IMG/VR virus record: IMGVR_UViG_3300026512_000020
Span: 1 to 46,044 of that record
Reading direction: 5' to 3' (one strand)
Source of the DNA: a virus
Lineage: Duplodnaviria; Caudoviricetes
DNA length: 46,044 bases
In this document: in pieces, positions 37,720 through 45,984 of the stretch
Layout of the letters: each line of letters starts with the position of its first letter
Position numbering within the stretch: the first letter of the stretch is position 1
Notes under the pieces: generated by a model
What the model saw: only the letters and a program-made list of their open reading frames with translations
Told to the model about the DNA's origin: nothing
The model's database searches: none
Program-made: the position numbers and the translations under genes

Positions 37720-38025
37720 GTGTTAAAAATGAGTAAGGATAGAATTAAAGAACTTTGTAAAATTTTGATTGAGAGATATGTGAGAGTTTTTGAAGAAAAA
37801 GAAGATATTAAAGAAATTGAAAAAGAGATTAAAAATTTGTGTAAAGGAATTGGTTTAAAAGATAGGGAAACAAAGCTTTTAATTTCTTTTTGTAAAGAAA
37901 GAGCAAAGGGAATTGCTGAAAATGCTGGTGATAAGGCTCAAGAAAAGCTTTTTGAAATTCAAGAACTTTCTACTGTCGCAAAAAATCTATATGAATTGCT
38001 GCCACCACTTGAAAGATTGAAATAA
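37720..38025 (+). CDS. GapR/DUF2312- or T4 DsbA-like dsDNA-binding protein
   Basis: LIERYVRVFEEKEDIKEIEKEI....KGIG resembles the GapR IERIERLEEEK..I...IKE....K..G pattern. Confidence 0.5.
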   Translation: MLKMSKDRIKELCKILIERYVRVFEEKEDIKEIEKEIKNLCKGIGLKDRETKLLISFCKERAKGIAENAGDKAQEKLFEIQELSTVAKNLYELLPPLERLK

Positions 38026-38029
38026 AGGG

Positions 38030-38569
38030 GTGTTAAATATGCAAAAAGATATAGACTTTTCAAAGATAGGAAGAAAATCAAGAAGAAAAGGTAAAAGTTT
38101 TGAGTATAAAATTAAACAAATGATTTGTAAATATTTACAAATTCCAAAGGAATATTTGGAAAGACCTAATGAGTGGACAAGCCAACCTCTTGGAGATTTA
38201 ATAGTTCTTGGTCAGTATTATGAAAGATTACCTATTTTTATTGAAGCTAAAAAGAGAGAGAATTTTCAATTTAAAACCTTGTTTAATAATCCAGATGATA
38301 ATGTGGTGTTGAGGTGGTGGTTTCAGACAGCTATAAAAATACCAAATGAGGAAGATAGATTAAGGCTTATGCTTGTATTTTCAAAAAATTACTATCCTAT
38401 TCTTTTTATGGTTTCTTATAGTATATTTCAAGAGCTTTGTAATTTTCATAAAAATCCACTTAAAGTATTTACTATGTTGTATTCAGAAAAGATTGATGAT
38501 TTGTTCATTATAGGCAAATTTGAAGATTTTTTGAAAGTGAGAGCAGAAATTATAGGATTGACAAATTGA
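38030..38569 (+). CDS. Holliday junction resolvase-like PD-(D/E)XK nuclease
   Basis: SRRKGKSFE, GDL, IEAK motifs. Confidence 0.8.
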   Translation: MLNMQKDIDFSKIGRKSRRKGKSFEYKIKQMICKYLQIPKEYLERPNEWTSQPLGDLIVLGQYYERLPIFIEAKKRENFQFKTLFNNPDDNVVLRWWFQTAIKIPNEEDRLRLMLVFSKNYYPILFMVSYSIFQELCNFHKNPLKVFTMLYSEKIDDLFIIGKFEDFLKVRAEIIGLTN

Positions 38570-38585
38570 AATTTTATGGTATAAT
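38558..38585 (+). promoter_or_regulatory. Consensus sigma70 promoter
   Basis: TTGACA (38558-38563), 16-nt spacer ending TGG, TATAAT (38580-38585). Confidence 0.85.
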
Positions 38586-38628
38586 ATATAAAAATTTTTG
38601 AATTATAAAGTAAAATAAGGAGAATAAA

Positions 38629-38802
38629 ATGAATGTAAAAGATTTATTAAAAACATTTTTTGTTATAACTACTCCAGAAATTGTATTTATTAATGAAATG
38701 AAAGAAGATATTAAAGAATTTGTTTGTGATTGTAAAAATATTTTTGAAGTTGGTAGAAATAAAAAAGATATAAATAAAAAGGAGAAAGAAAGTGAGCATT
38801 GA
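38629..38802 (+). CDS. Small hypothetical protein (57 aa, not in ORF track)
   Basis: AAGGAG RBS after the promoter; MNVKDLLKTFFVITTPEIVF...KEKESEH. Confidence 0.55.
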   Translation: MNVKDLLKTFFVITTPEIVFINEMKEDIKEFVCDCKNIFEVGRNKKDINKKEKESEH

Positions 38803-38863
38803 TGAAGTAGTTTTACTGTTAATAATATTTTTTATTATAATAATTAATGATATTTTGAGTTAA
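38792..38863 (+). CDS. Putative 23-aa hydrophobic micropeptide
   Basis: AAGGAG 7 nt before GTG; MSIDEVVLLLIIFFIIIINDILS. Confidence 0.4.
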   Translation: MSIDEVVLLLIIFFIIIINDILS

Positions 38864-38879
38864 AGTTAAGGGGGTCTAA

Positions 38880-39830
38880 ATGAAAATAGTTTCTTTTTCT
38901 GAAAAAAATTATAATGAAAAAGTTGAGTTGTGTAAAAAACTTTTTCAGTTTATTGACAGAAAGCAAGTAGCAAAAGATTTAATTTTTAGTTATGTTGGGG
39001 CAAGAATATGTTATAGTTCTGATTATCCAATAAATTTATTTTTTGAAAAGAAGCTTAAAGAAAGAGATAAAAGGATTGATTTTTTTAAAAAGTTATTTAA
39101 TCTTAAACATTATAGTGTTTTTGCACATACTCCAGTTCTTATAAAATCAAATTTCTTGAGTAAGGAAGATAGATTAAATATATTTAGATTGTTTTTTAAA
39201 GTTTTTGAATTTAAAAATGGTGATATTTTAATGAATTTAAGACATTTTGCTGAATTTTTACCAGAAGAAATGTTTTATGAGTTAATTTCACTTGAAATTC
39301 CAGAGTGGTGGAAAGAAAAGGACTTTAGAAAGGAGTTTGAACTTAAAAGTAATGTAATAATTGAAATTGGAGATTTTTGTGCAAAATATTTAAGAGCAAA
39401 GTTGTTTATTTTTAATTCAGCAGTAAAAGATTGGAAAGTTATTATAATACATAATTGTTCAAGGATAATGACACATCAACTTTGCCGTCATACTACTATC
39501 AATTTTTGTCAGAGAAGTCATAGATATACAAAAGCAAATTCCTTTTGTATTCCAAGTGAAATTGCAGAAGATGATGATTTTGTTAATTTTATTTTTGGAA
39601 CTTTTAATGATATTTGGGTAGTTTTAGAAAATATGAGAAAGAGTAAAAAATACAAGAGAGAAGATTTAAGATTTTTTATGCCACAATCTACTGCTACTAC
39701 TATATTTTGTTCAGCTCCTTTATGTGTCTGGAAAGATTTTGTTGAAAAGAGAAATAAACCACAAGCTCAAAAAGAAATTAGAGAAGTTGCAAATATACTA
39801 AATAGATTTTTGTTTGGGGGAAAAGAATAA
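38880..39830 (+). CDS. thyX: Flavin-dependent thymidylate synthase (long form)
   Basis: ARICYS, HYSVFAH, HQLCRH.....QRSHRY, REDLRF..P, AQKEIR. Confidence 0.9.
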   Translation: MKIVSFSEKNYNEKVELCKKLFQFIDRKQVAKDLIFSYVGARICYSSDYPINLFFEKKLKERDKRIDFFKKLFNLKHYSVFAHTPVLIKSNFLSKEDRLNIFRLFFKVFEFKNGDILMNLRHFAEFLPEEMFYELISLEIPEWWKEKDFRKEFELKSNVIIEIGDFCAKYLRAKLFIFNSAVKDWKVIIIHNCSRIMTHQLCRHTTINFCQRSHRYTKANSFCIPSEIAEDDDFVNFIFGTFNDIWVVLENMRKSKKYKREDLRFFMPQSTATTIFCSAPLCVWKDFVEKRNKPQAQKEIREVANILNRFLFGGKE

Positions 39831-40018
39831 TGGATTGGTTAAAGATTGCAATTGAATGTAGTAATATTAAAAAGTGTGAAGATAAAATGGAAGAAGGTAT
39901 AATAAGATTTCACTTGAAAAATTGTATAAAAGAAATGGTTAATGATTTAAAAGATATTGGAAAATTAAGAAAAATTTATGATTTTATTTATAAGCTGAAA
40001 GAAGAAAATGCCAATTAG
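39830..40018 (+). CDS. Hypothetical protein
   Basis: 62 aa, coupled on both sides. Confidence 0.55.
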   Translation: MDWLKIAIECSNIKKCEDKMEEGIIRFHLKNCIKEMVNDLKDIGKLRKIYDFIYKLKEENAN

Positions 40019-40910
40019 TCTTCAAAAGTTAATAAAAAAATTTGGACAATATAAAGAAGTTCCAAGTCATAGTGATGAAGTAAGGTTTTGTTGTCCTTAT
40101 TGTGTAAATATAGGAAAACCACCAGATACTAAATTTCACCTTTATGTTAATCTTACAAAAGGAGTTGGTTATTGTTTTCGTTGTGGAAAAGTATTAAGAT
40201 TTAGTAAAGATTTAAAAACTATAATTTCTTTTAATGGAACTAAAAATACTTATACTAATATTAGAAAGACATTATCATTTTTGAAAGAAATTCCAAAGTG
40301 TAGAGAAATTTATGATACACCAGCATTTGAATTTCTTATGGCAAAGTTGTCTGGTATTTATTCTATTGATTTTATAAAAAAGTTTATAGAAGAATATGAT
40401 TTAAAATTGTGTGTTGATAAAAAATATCCTTATTTGTATTATAGGATAATGATACCTATAAAATTTAATGGAAAATTAGTAGGGTTTCAGTTTAGAAGTA
40501 TATTTGGTGAAGAACCAAAGTATTTAAGTTTAGGCTATCAAAAAGAGAATATTAAGTCTTATTTATTTAATTATGATAGAGCAAAAAGTGAAAAGATAGT
40601 TTATTTGGTAGAAGGAGTATTTGATATTTTACCTATTCAAGATAGAGCAGTTGCAGTATTTGGAAAATATTTGACAGAAAATCAAATAAATCTTGTAAAG
40701 TTAACTTGGGAATTTCCAGTTGTAGTGTTTGATAGAGATGCTATAAGTGATGCTTATAAAACTGTGGGGGAATTATTGAGAAGTGGTTTTGAAAGAGTTG
40801 GGGTTATAGAGTTAAATAGTGAAAAAGACCCTTGTGAAATGGGCTTTGAGTTTAAAAAATTACCAATTAAAGAATTAAGTATTATTGATATAATTTCTTT
40901 AAATTTATAA
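40008..40910 (+). CDS. DNA primase (Zn finger plus TOPRIM)
   Basis: CPYC..H..CFRC, RIMIP, QFR, PKY, VEGVFD, FDRDA, KDP. Confidence 0.88.
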   Translation: MPISLQKLIKKFGQYKEVPSHSDEVRFCCPYCVNIGKPPDTKFHLYVNLTKGVGYCFRCGKVLRFSKDLKTIISFNGTKNTYTNIRKTLSFLKEIPKCREIYDTPAFEFLMAKLSGIYSIDFIKKFIEEYDLKLCVDKKYPYLYYRIMIPIKFNGKLVGFQFRSIFGEEPKYLSLGYQKENIKSYLFNYDRAKSEKIVYLVEGVFDILPIQDRAVAVFGKYLTENQINLVKLTWEFPVVVFDRDAISDAYKTVGELLRSGFERVGVIELNSEKDPCEMGFEFKKLPIKELSIIDIISLNL

Positions 40911-40922
40911 AGGAGTTTACAA

Positions 40923-41333
40923 ATGAAGTATGGAGTATTTTTTCCACAAGATTTTTTTAATAATTTTGTTAAAGATAAGATAAAAGTAAATATTTTGTTA
41001 AAATCTCAAACTGTAAAAAAATATTATTACTTATTTGAAGATAGTATTTTTTTCTTATTGGATACATCACTTTTAAGGTTATGGAAGTTAAATGATATTT
41101 TTGGTAGATATATAATTGAAAAGATATTTAATTATGGTAAGGTAAATGGATATTATACTGAAGTTAGTGAAGAAGACTTATTCTTGCTTGATAATTTATT
41201 TTATGATAAATTTATTAGAGTTGCAATTAAGATTGAAAATGAAAATGGAAGTGTTTTACCAGCTTGGGTTTATTTAACTTATAAGAAAAGTTGTTTAGAT
41301 AATTTGATTAACAAATACTCTTTAACTGGTTAA
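40923..41333 (+). CDS. Gamma-glutamylcyclotransferase (AIG2)-like fold, degenerate
   Basis: C-terminal VNGYYTEV..EDLFLLD.....FIRVAIKI......PAWVY matches the GGCT pattern, but the YGSL loop and catalytic Glu are absent. Confidence 0.5.
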   Translation: MKYGVFFPQDFFNNFVKDKIKVNILLKSQTVKKYYYLFEDSIFFLLDTSLLRLWKLNDIFGRYIIEKIFNYGKVNGYYTEVSEEDLFLLDNLFYDKFIRVAIKIENENGSVLPAWVYLTYKKSCLDNLINKYSLTG

Positions 41334-41335
41334 AA

Positions 41336-41887
41336 ATGGAAAAATTTTTTGAACCTTATACAGACAAAAATTTTTTATATTTAAATAACTATCTTGCAAA
41401 TAAAGAAAATTTAACTGATTTAGCTAAATTTATTGATGATAATGATTTTTTTCTTTTTTGGAAAGATTATACTACAAATTCTTGGATTGTATCTGGTAAG
41501 AAACCATACAATGTTTTTTGTTATAGAAGGATACATATTTATTTTGGTGAAGGAAATACAAGTAATCTTGTAGAAGTTTCAAAATCTTATTATATACTTG
41601 AAATAATTTATGAAACTTGTAAAAAATATAATTTTAATAACTGTGTTTTTTTGTATTCATTATTGCTTAATAACAATTTAGATATTTACTTTTCTGGAAT
41701 AGTAAGTTTTAATGGAAAGATAGGAATAGGTTGTAATATTTATGATATACAACAGATAAGTAATTTTATTGATTTTACTACTTCTTTGGATTTAGATTTT
41801 TCTTTTCATATTAAAGACCATTATTATTTAAAAAAAGTTCAATATATTGTAAATTATTTGCTTGAGGAGAGAATAAAATGGCTTTGA
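41336..41887 (+). CDS. Hypothetical protein
   Basis: 183 aa, coupled to neighbours. Confidence 0.6.
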   Translation: MEKFFEPYTDKNFLYLNNYLANKENLTDLAKFIDDNDFFLFWKDYTTNSWIVSGKKPYNVFCYRRIHIYFGEGNTSNLVEVSKSYYILEIIYETCKKYNFNNCVFLYSLLLNNNLDIYFSGIVSFNGKIGIGCNIYDIQQISNFIDFTTSLDLDFSFHIKDHYYLKKVQYIVNYLLEERIKWL

Positions 41888-42858
41888 AAGAAGAGTATAG
41901 TTTTGTTGGAACTGAAATGTATAATGAAATATCTCCCCTAAAAATGCTTGATTTGTATGATTTAAAATTAGATATTAGTGATATTAAAAAAGTAAATCAA
42001 AGAGCTAAAAATAAATCTATAAGAAAAGTTATTTATTATGTGTCTCCAGAGTTATGTAAAGAGTTACATAATAGAAAGTTATATAATGCGAACTTATTAT
42101 CAAATTCTATTTATGGTTATTATGGATTTCATAAGGATTTATTTTTTTGTAAAAGACAAAGGGCTTTTGTTTATACTTTTGGGGGAGCTTGGTATTTAGA
42201 TTTTGCTGTTAAAAGAGCTTGTGATATGATTTATTTTTGTCCAGTTTGCAATACCTTGTTTAGATTGTATCTTTATATAAGATATGATAAGGAAGTAAGA
42301 AATGATTTTAGAAAAATTTTATCTCTACCAAAGGGAATGTTTTTTTATATTTCAAATATAGCTGTTCCTAATAAGTTGGTTAAAAGGAAATTTTTTCTTT
42401 TATTGCTTGATTTAATTTTAAAGAAAACTCAAATTGAATATTATCTTTATGCTGTAAGACCTTCATTTAATAGACCAGTAGATAAAAATAGTGGATTATA
42501 TGATATTATATTTGTTCCATTCTTTCCAATAGAAAGAATATCACTACAATCAGCTACTTCAATGTATTTATTTTTTGAAGTTTTATTTGAAGAGTTATCT
42601 AAAGACTATTTAAATCTTAAAAAGAAGATTAGTTTAAATTTTGATTTTTATTTTTATTCTTTTGATTATGATAAAATAGATTTTCTTGATGTTTTAAATT
42701 TAGTTTATTACTTTATAGATTTCTCACTTTATAAAAAAATCTCTGGACAATTTCCAAGCTTGTTTGAAATCAGTAATATGTTGTTTATGTTTAATGGTTA
42801 TACAAATTATAATGATGATAGAATTTTTAATACTAAAGTTTTTAGAAGGAAATTTTAA
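41878..42858 (+). CDS. Hypothetical protein
   Basis: 326 aa, GAGGAG RBS; CPVC motif; only weak family hints. Confidence 0.6.
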   Translation: MALKEEYSFVGTEMYNEISPLKMLDLYDLKLDISDIKKVNQRAKNKSIRKVIYYVSPELCKELHNRKLYNANLLSNSIYGYYGFHKDLFFCKRQRAFVYTFGGAWYLDFAVKRACDMIYFCPVCNTLFRLYLYIRYDKEVRNDFRKILSLPKGMFFYISNIAVPNKLVKRKFFLLLLDLILKKTQIEYYLYAVRPSFNRPVDKNSGLYDIIFVPFFPIERISLQSATSMYLFFEVLFEELSKDYLNLKKKISLNFDFYFYSFDYDKIDFLDVLNLVYYFIDFSLYKKISGQFPSLFEISNMLFMFNGYTNYNDDRIFNTKVFRRKF

Positions 42859-43676
42859 CAAAAAGTTTTGATTGATAACTCTAATGAGTTATCTCTATTT
42901 ATTTTTTCTATTTTAATAATTACTGTTCCAGTTGCATTTGGTCTTAATCCAAACTTCTCTTCATATCCCATTGCTTTATTACTTCTGGAAAATCTAAATC
43001 CACCTACTCTAATTAACCATTTTTTGCTTTTTACAATTCCAGTTCCAGTAGAATTCATTTTTAAGTGATTTTTATATGTAAATACAACTTGATGAGTATG
43101 TCCCATGGCATACAGATTGGCATCAAAATTTATCATAGCATCTTCCAACCTATTTAGCAAAGTTCCACTTCTTACTGGAGCAGAACCGTGTCCGTGATGG
43201 GCATATATGTCAAGAGAATATGTTTTTTGATGTTTAAATAGAAGTTTAGCAAAACATTCATAATCAGTAGTATAATTCTTTATACCAAGTTCTTTACATA
43301 TAGTTCCAATAATATCAACTCCAAACTTTCCATACATATATCTATCGTGATTTCCATTTATAGCAAACAATATTTTGTCTTTTATTGGAGAAAGCTTTTC
43401 TATTGTATATTCAATTGAAAAACTTATAATGTTATTAACATTTTTCTTAAATTCTTTATCAAGACTATCATAATCAAATCTTTTATCACCTATATTTATT
43501 CCTTCAATAATATCACCCCCTAAAAAACAGTAAGTATTATCATTATTTTTTATATAATCAATTACTTTATTGAAAAGTTTTTTATCGTGAAATATTGTTC
43601 CAAAGTGAATATCATATAGTGGAACTATCTCAAAATCAATAGGATTTCTCTCAAAAACAATTCTAAATACTTTCAT
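42855..43676 (-). CDS. Calcineurin-like metallophosphoesterase
   Basis: DIHFG, GGDIIE, GNHD, HHGHG, GHTH. Confidence 0.9.
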   Translation of the reverse strand: MKVFRIVFERNPIDFEIVPLYDIHFGTIFHDKKLFNKVIDYIKNNDNTYCFLGGDIIEGINIGDKRFDYDSLDKEFKKNVNNIISFSIEYTIEKLSPIKDKILFAINGNHDRYMYGKFGVDIIGTICKELGIKNYTTDYECFAKLLFKHQKTYSLDIYAHHGHGSAPVRSGTLLNRLEDAMINFDANLYAMGHTHQVVFTYKNHLKMNSTGTGIVKSKKWLIRVGGFRFSRSNKAMGYEEKFGLRPNATGTVIIKIEKINRDNSLELSIKTFC

Positions 43677-43713
43677 TTAAAACCCCCTTTTTATATAAGA
43701 ATTTTAAAAATTA

Positions 43714-43741
43714 AATTTACCATAAAAATTAAGTTTGTCAA
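43714..43741 (-). promoter_or_regulatory. Sigma70-type promoter for the metallophosphoesterase
   Basis: TTGACA (43741-43736), 16-nt spacer ending TGG, TAAATT (43719-43714). Confidence 0.65.
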
Positions 43742-43793
43742 GATTATTTTTAATATATTTTTATAAATTCTTTGTAGAAAAGGAGGGTAAAAG

Positions 43794-44882
43794 GTGAAGA
43801 TTGTTATTAAGAAAAGTAATCAAAAGCCAATTATAGAAAAGATACAAAAACAAGCTCAAGTTAAAGAAGAAAGTTCTAAAAAGAAAAAGACTTTAAGTGA
43901 TATAAATATGCCAGTATTTGTGATGTGTCCCCCTATTTATGCTGAATTTCAAGTGGCAAATAATGTGTGGATGGAACAGTTGGCAAGTGAAAATGGGGGA
44001 CAAGTAGAAATAAATGTTGATAGATTTATGTATGAATGGCATTTGCTTTTTAATGCTTTATCACAAGAAGGTGTTGTAATGACTTTACCACCAGTTAATG
44101 GATTGCAAGATGAAGTTTTTGTAAACTGTTTTGCTTTTTTACCACATATAAAAGAGCCAAGAGTTTGTGTTATTTCAAGATTTAGGGCTAAGGGAAGGCA
44201 AGGTGAAGAGAAAGTTGCTTATGATTTTCTTACTCAATGTGGATATGTTTGTTATCAACCACCAGAAGGTTTTTATTGGGAAGGGGAAGCTTGCTTGAAA
44301 TTTTTAAGGGATAATATTTATTTGTCAACTTATGGAGTAAGAAATACTATTGAAGCTTTAGAATGGATTGAAAGTAATTTTGATTGTCAAGTAATAAAAG
44401 TGTGTGAAGAAACTCCAGAGTTGTATCATAGTGATTGTCTTGTATTTCCTATTACTCCTTATGATGTATTGGTAGCTGTGAAGCATACTAATAAAACTGA
44501 GTTAAAGAAACTTGAAAATGTGGCTAATGTGATACCAATAGAAGATGAAGGGTTGCTTGAAGTAGGAATTATGAATTGTGTTTCTGTAGGTTATACTGTA
44601 TATTGTGGAGATAATGATTTAGCTTATCAAGGAGATAAGGAGCTGCTAGATTTGGAAAAAAGAAAGAGAGAGATAATTTGTCAAATAGCTGGAGATTTAG
44701 GAATGGAAGTTGTATTTATTCCTTTTACTGAAGCTCTTAAGATGGGAGGGATGCTTTCATGTTGTGTAACAAGACTTAATTATGCTGATAAATATCAAAT
44801 GATTTTATGGAAAGAAGGAATAAAAACTCTTGATATTGAGAATTTGAAAGATTTAAATGATGAAGAAGGAGAAGTTTTTTAA
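43794..44882 (+). CDS. Pentein-superfamily amidinotransferase/amidinohydrolase
   Basis: VMCPP, N.WM, LQDEVF, RQGE, WEGEA, YHSDC, C-terminal GGMLSCC (Cys nucleophile); AGGAGG RBS. Confidence 0.88.
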   Translation: MKIVIKKSNQKPIIEKIQKQAQVKEESSKKKKTLSDINMPVFVMCPPIYAEFQVANNVWMEQLASENGGQVEINVDRFMYEWHLLFNALSQEGVVMTLPPVNGLQDEVFVNCFAFLPHIKEPRVCVISRFRAKGRQGEEKVAYDFLTQCGYVCYQPPEGFYWEGEACLKFLRDNIYLSTYGVRNTIEALEWIESNFDCQVIKVCEETPELYHSDCLVFPITPYDVLVAVKHTNKTELKKLENVANVIPIEDEGLLEVGIMNCVSVGYTVYCGDNDLAYQGDKELLDLEKRKREIICQIAGDLGMEVVFIPFTEALKMGGMLSCCVTRLNYADKYQMILWKEGIKTLDIENLKDLNDEEGEVF

Positions 44883-44914
44883 AATTAAAAAATTTTGAAA
44901 ATGGAGTTTAGACA

Positions 44915-45712
44915 ATGTCAGAAAAACAAAAAATGCAAATTGAGAAAAATCAGTATTTAAGGTTTGAACAAGCTTGGGCATTAAAAGAATGGCTTATGTC
45001 TGATTGTTATAATAGAGTAAAAAATGTTATGGAAACAAATCCTAAAAAGTTTGTAGAGAGAGAATTTGTTAGAAATCCTTTAAGACAAACTAGAAGAAAT
45101 AGAAAATTTGTAAAGTGTTTTGCTGATGGTATTTTACTATATCAAGGAAGATATAGAGCAAATCAAAAAATACTTGAGATAAAAGGAAAAAAATATACTG
45201 TTAAAGATATTTTAATGGATAATACAATCCCAAAAGATAAACCTTTTTATGTAGCTGGAACATATCTTACTACTTATTCTGTTCATATTGTTAGGTGTCC
45301 TATTGATGGTATTGTGGTTGATATAGATTATTTACCACCACTTACAAGTTCAAATTTACCAATGGTTCTTTTTGAAAATAATATACTTAGTGGAAAATTT
45401 GTAGCTGATTTTCTATTTTATAATTTTTACAATGAGAGAACAGTTATAACTATATATTCACCAGTTTTAAAGACAAGATATTATGTAGTGTTGATTGCTG
45501 ATGCTGATGTGGATAAAAATTTGTTATTTGTGCAAGAAGGGGAGAGTGTGTTACAAGGACAGAGATTGGCTTATGTATTATGGGGAAGTCAATGTGATTT
45601 AATTATTGAAGCAAAAGATTGGTTTAAAATGAAAAAATTAGTTAAAGATTTTTATTATGTATTTGCTGGAACTTGTGATTTATGGGAAATAATGAAGGTA
45701 AATAAGAAATAG
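44915..45712 (+). CDS. Phosphatidylserine decarboxylase-like pyruvoyl decarboxylase proenzyme
   Basis: FVRNP, FADG, IKGKKY, VHIVRCPIDG, NERTV and WGSQC self-cleavage motif (equivalent of LGST/FGST). Confidence 0.85.
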   Translation: MSEKQKMQIEKNQYLRFEQAWALKEWLMSDCYNRVKNVMETNPKKFVEREFVRNPLRQTRRNRKFVKCFADGILLYQGRYRANQKILEIKGKKYTVKDILMDNTIPKDKPFYVAGTYLTTYSVHIVRCPIDGIVVDIDYLPPLTSSNLPMVLFENNILSGKFVADFLFYNFYNERTVITIYSPVLKTRYYVVLIADADVDKNLLFVQEGESVLQGQRLAYVLWGSQCDLIIEAKDWFKMKKLVKDFYYVFAGTCDLWEIMKVNKK

Positions 45713-45715
45713 AAA

Positions 45716-45970
45716 TTAAATTTCTTCAATTTTTACAAACCATTTGATTTTACTATTTGGAATTATTAAATAATAAGGAGTTATTTTTTCAAATTGTATA
45801 GGAAATTTGGGAGTTGCTGGTAATTTATCAAACCACTCATAAAAACAAAGCTTACAATAATCAATTAAATCACTCCAGCTATCAAAATTTTTAGAAAGTA
45901 ATTTATATCTTGGTTTAATAACTGTATTTTGAAGATTGTATATTTCTACATCAACATTTAGTATTATCAT
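45716..45970 (-). CDS. Hypothetical protein
   Basis: 84 aa, GGGGG RBS. Confidence 0.6.
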   Translation of the reverse strand: MIILNVDVEIYNLQNTVIKPRYKLLSKNFDSWSDLIDYCKLCFYEWFDKLPATPKFPIQFEKITPYYLIIPNSKIKWFVKIEEI

Positions 45971-45984
45971 AAATCCCCCTTTTT

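Noticed and set aside
24084-39830. SPO1-like hydroxymethyluracil DNA system
   Set aside because: No dUMP hydroxymethylase-like gene is in the window and a ThyX is present; it cannot be excluded for the rest of the genome.
1631-43068. Nested or antisense track ORFs (e.g. 1631-1819, 5522-5935, 5706-5930, 7772-7954, 10693-10875, 14782-15051, 20224-20460, 28846-29295, 30537-30836, 36530-36841, 42868-43068)
   Set aside because: They overlap well-supported genes, lack RBS and motifs, and look like shadow ORFs.
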